A stretch of DNA of 64,000 nucleotides, taken from Podarcis erhardii (taxonomy: Eukaryota). Positions within the stretch are counted from its first letter, which is position 1, and each line of letters starts with the position of its first letter. Under the pieces are notes generated by a model that was given only the letters and a program-made list of their open reading frames with translations, ran no database searches and had not been told where the DNA came from. This document shows positions 63,601-64,000 of the stretch, piece after piece. Where the stretch lies: NCBI GenBank assembly GCA_964252035.1, contig OZ176207.1; one strand, 5' to 3'. A program made the translations under genes and the position numbers.

Positions 63601-64000
63601 GTAGAAAAATATTGCTTTTGAAATTACTGTAAGCCACAAAAATATTAGTACCTAAAACTTCAATCTGTCCTAAGTAAATAAATAAACATTGCCTAACTGG
63701 AAATTTGTTGTGCATACAAAAAAGGCTATTGATTGTGTAGTAGTCCATGGGCTGGATTGAAAATCAATGTAAAAAAAAAAAGTTGGCTACTTGAGTCTGA
63801 ACAGGCATAAATGGTTAAAGACAAATGTCCACTTTTTAACAGCAAGGAAGAACTCCATCAATCTTTTAAACAACTTCCCTTAATGGCCAGTAAAAATTAG
63901 ACTAATGTCTATAGTTGTCATGCTGCATGTAAGTTCATAAAGCAATCTCTCATCACAATTTCTTATCTAAATAGATGGTTCCAATAAATGATGAGGATCA

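Noticed and set aside
1-64000. Named host gene
   Set aside because: No candidate exon translation matched a protein I recognise, so no gene symbol is given.

Overview
Repeat-rich, AT-rich vertebrate non-coding DNA. It is almost certainly from a squamate, probably a lacertid lizard, inferred from Sauria SINEs, Squam3-like SINEs with CTT tails, Bov-B tails and a tRNA-Lys/CR1-tail SINE. I cannot recognise a host protein-coding gene, so the window reads as intronic or intergenic, and only weak candidate micro-exons are offered. The only real protein remnants are retroelement-derived: L1-clade ORF2 pieces, a decayed ORF1, and L2 and Bov-B 3' ends. There are also many hAT and Tc1/pogo MITEs, several solo LTRs and microsatellites. 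I found no convincing new gene system. The most interesting signals are retrotransposition footprints: (i) a scrambled, fold-back L1 insertion with a perfect ~190-bp inverted repeat (43570-44749); (ii) an L1 with an exact 71-bp target-site duplication (TSD; 35649-36636); (iii) a 1.15-kb non-coding, L1-type non-autonomous element with an 18-bp TSD (46346-47535); (iv) a young solo LTR nested in a MITE. All coordinates were read by eye; family names rest on recalled consensus features, not database searches.
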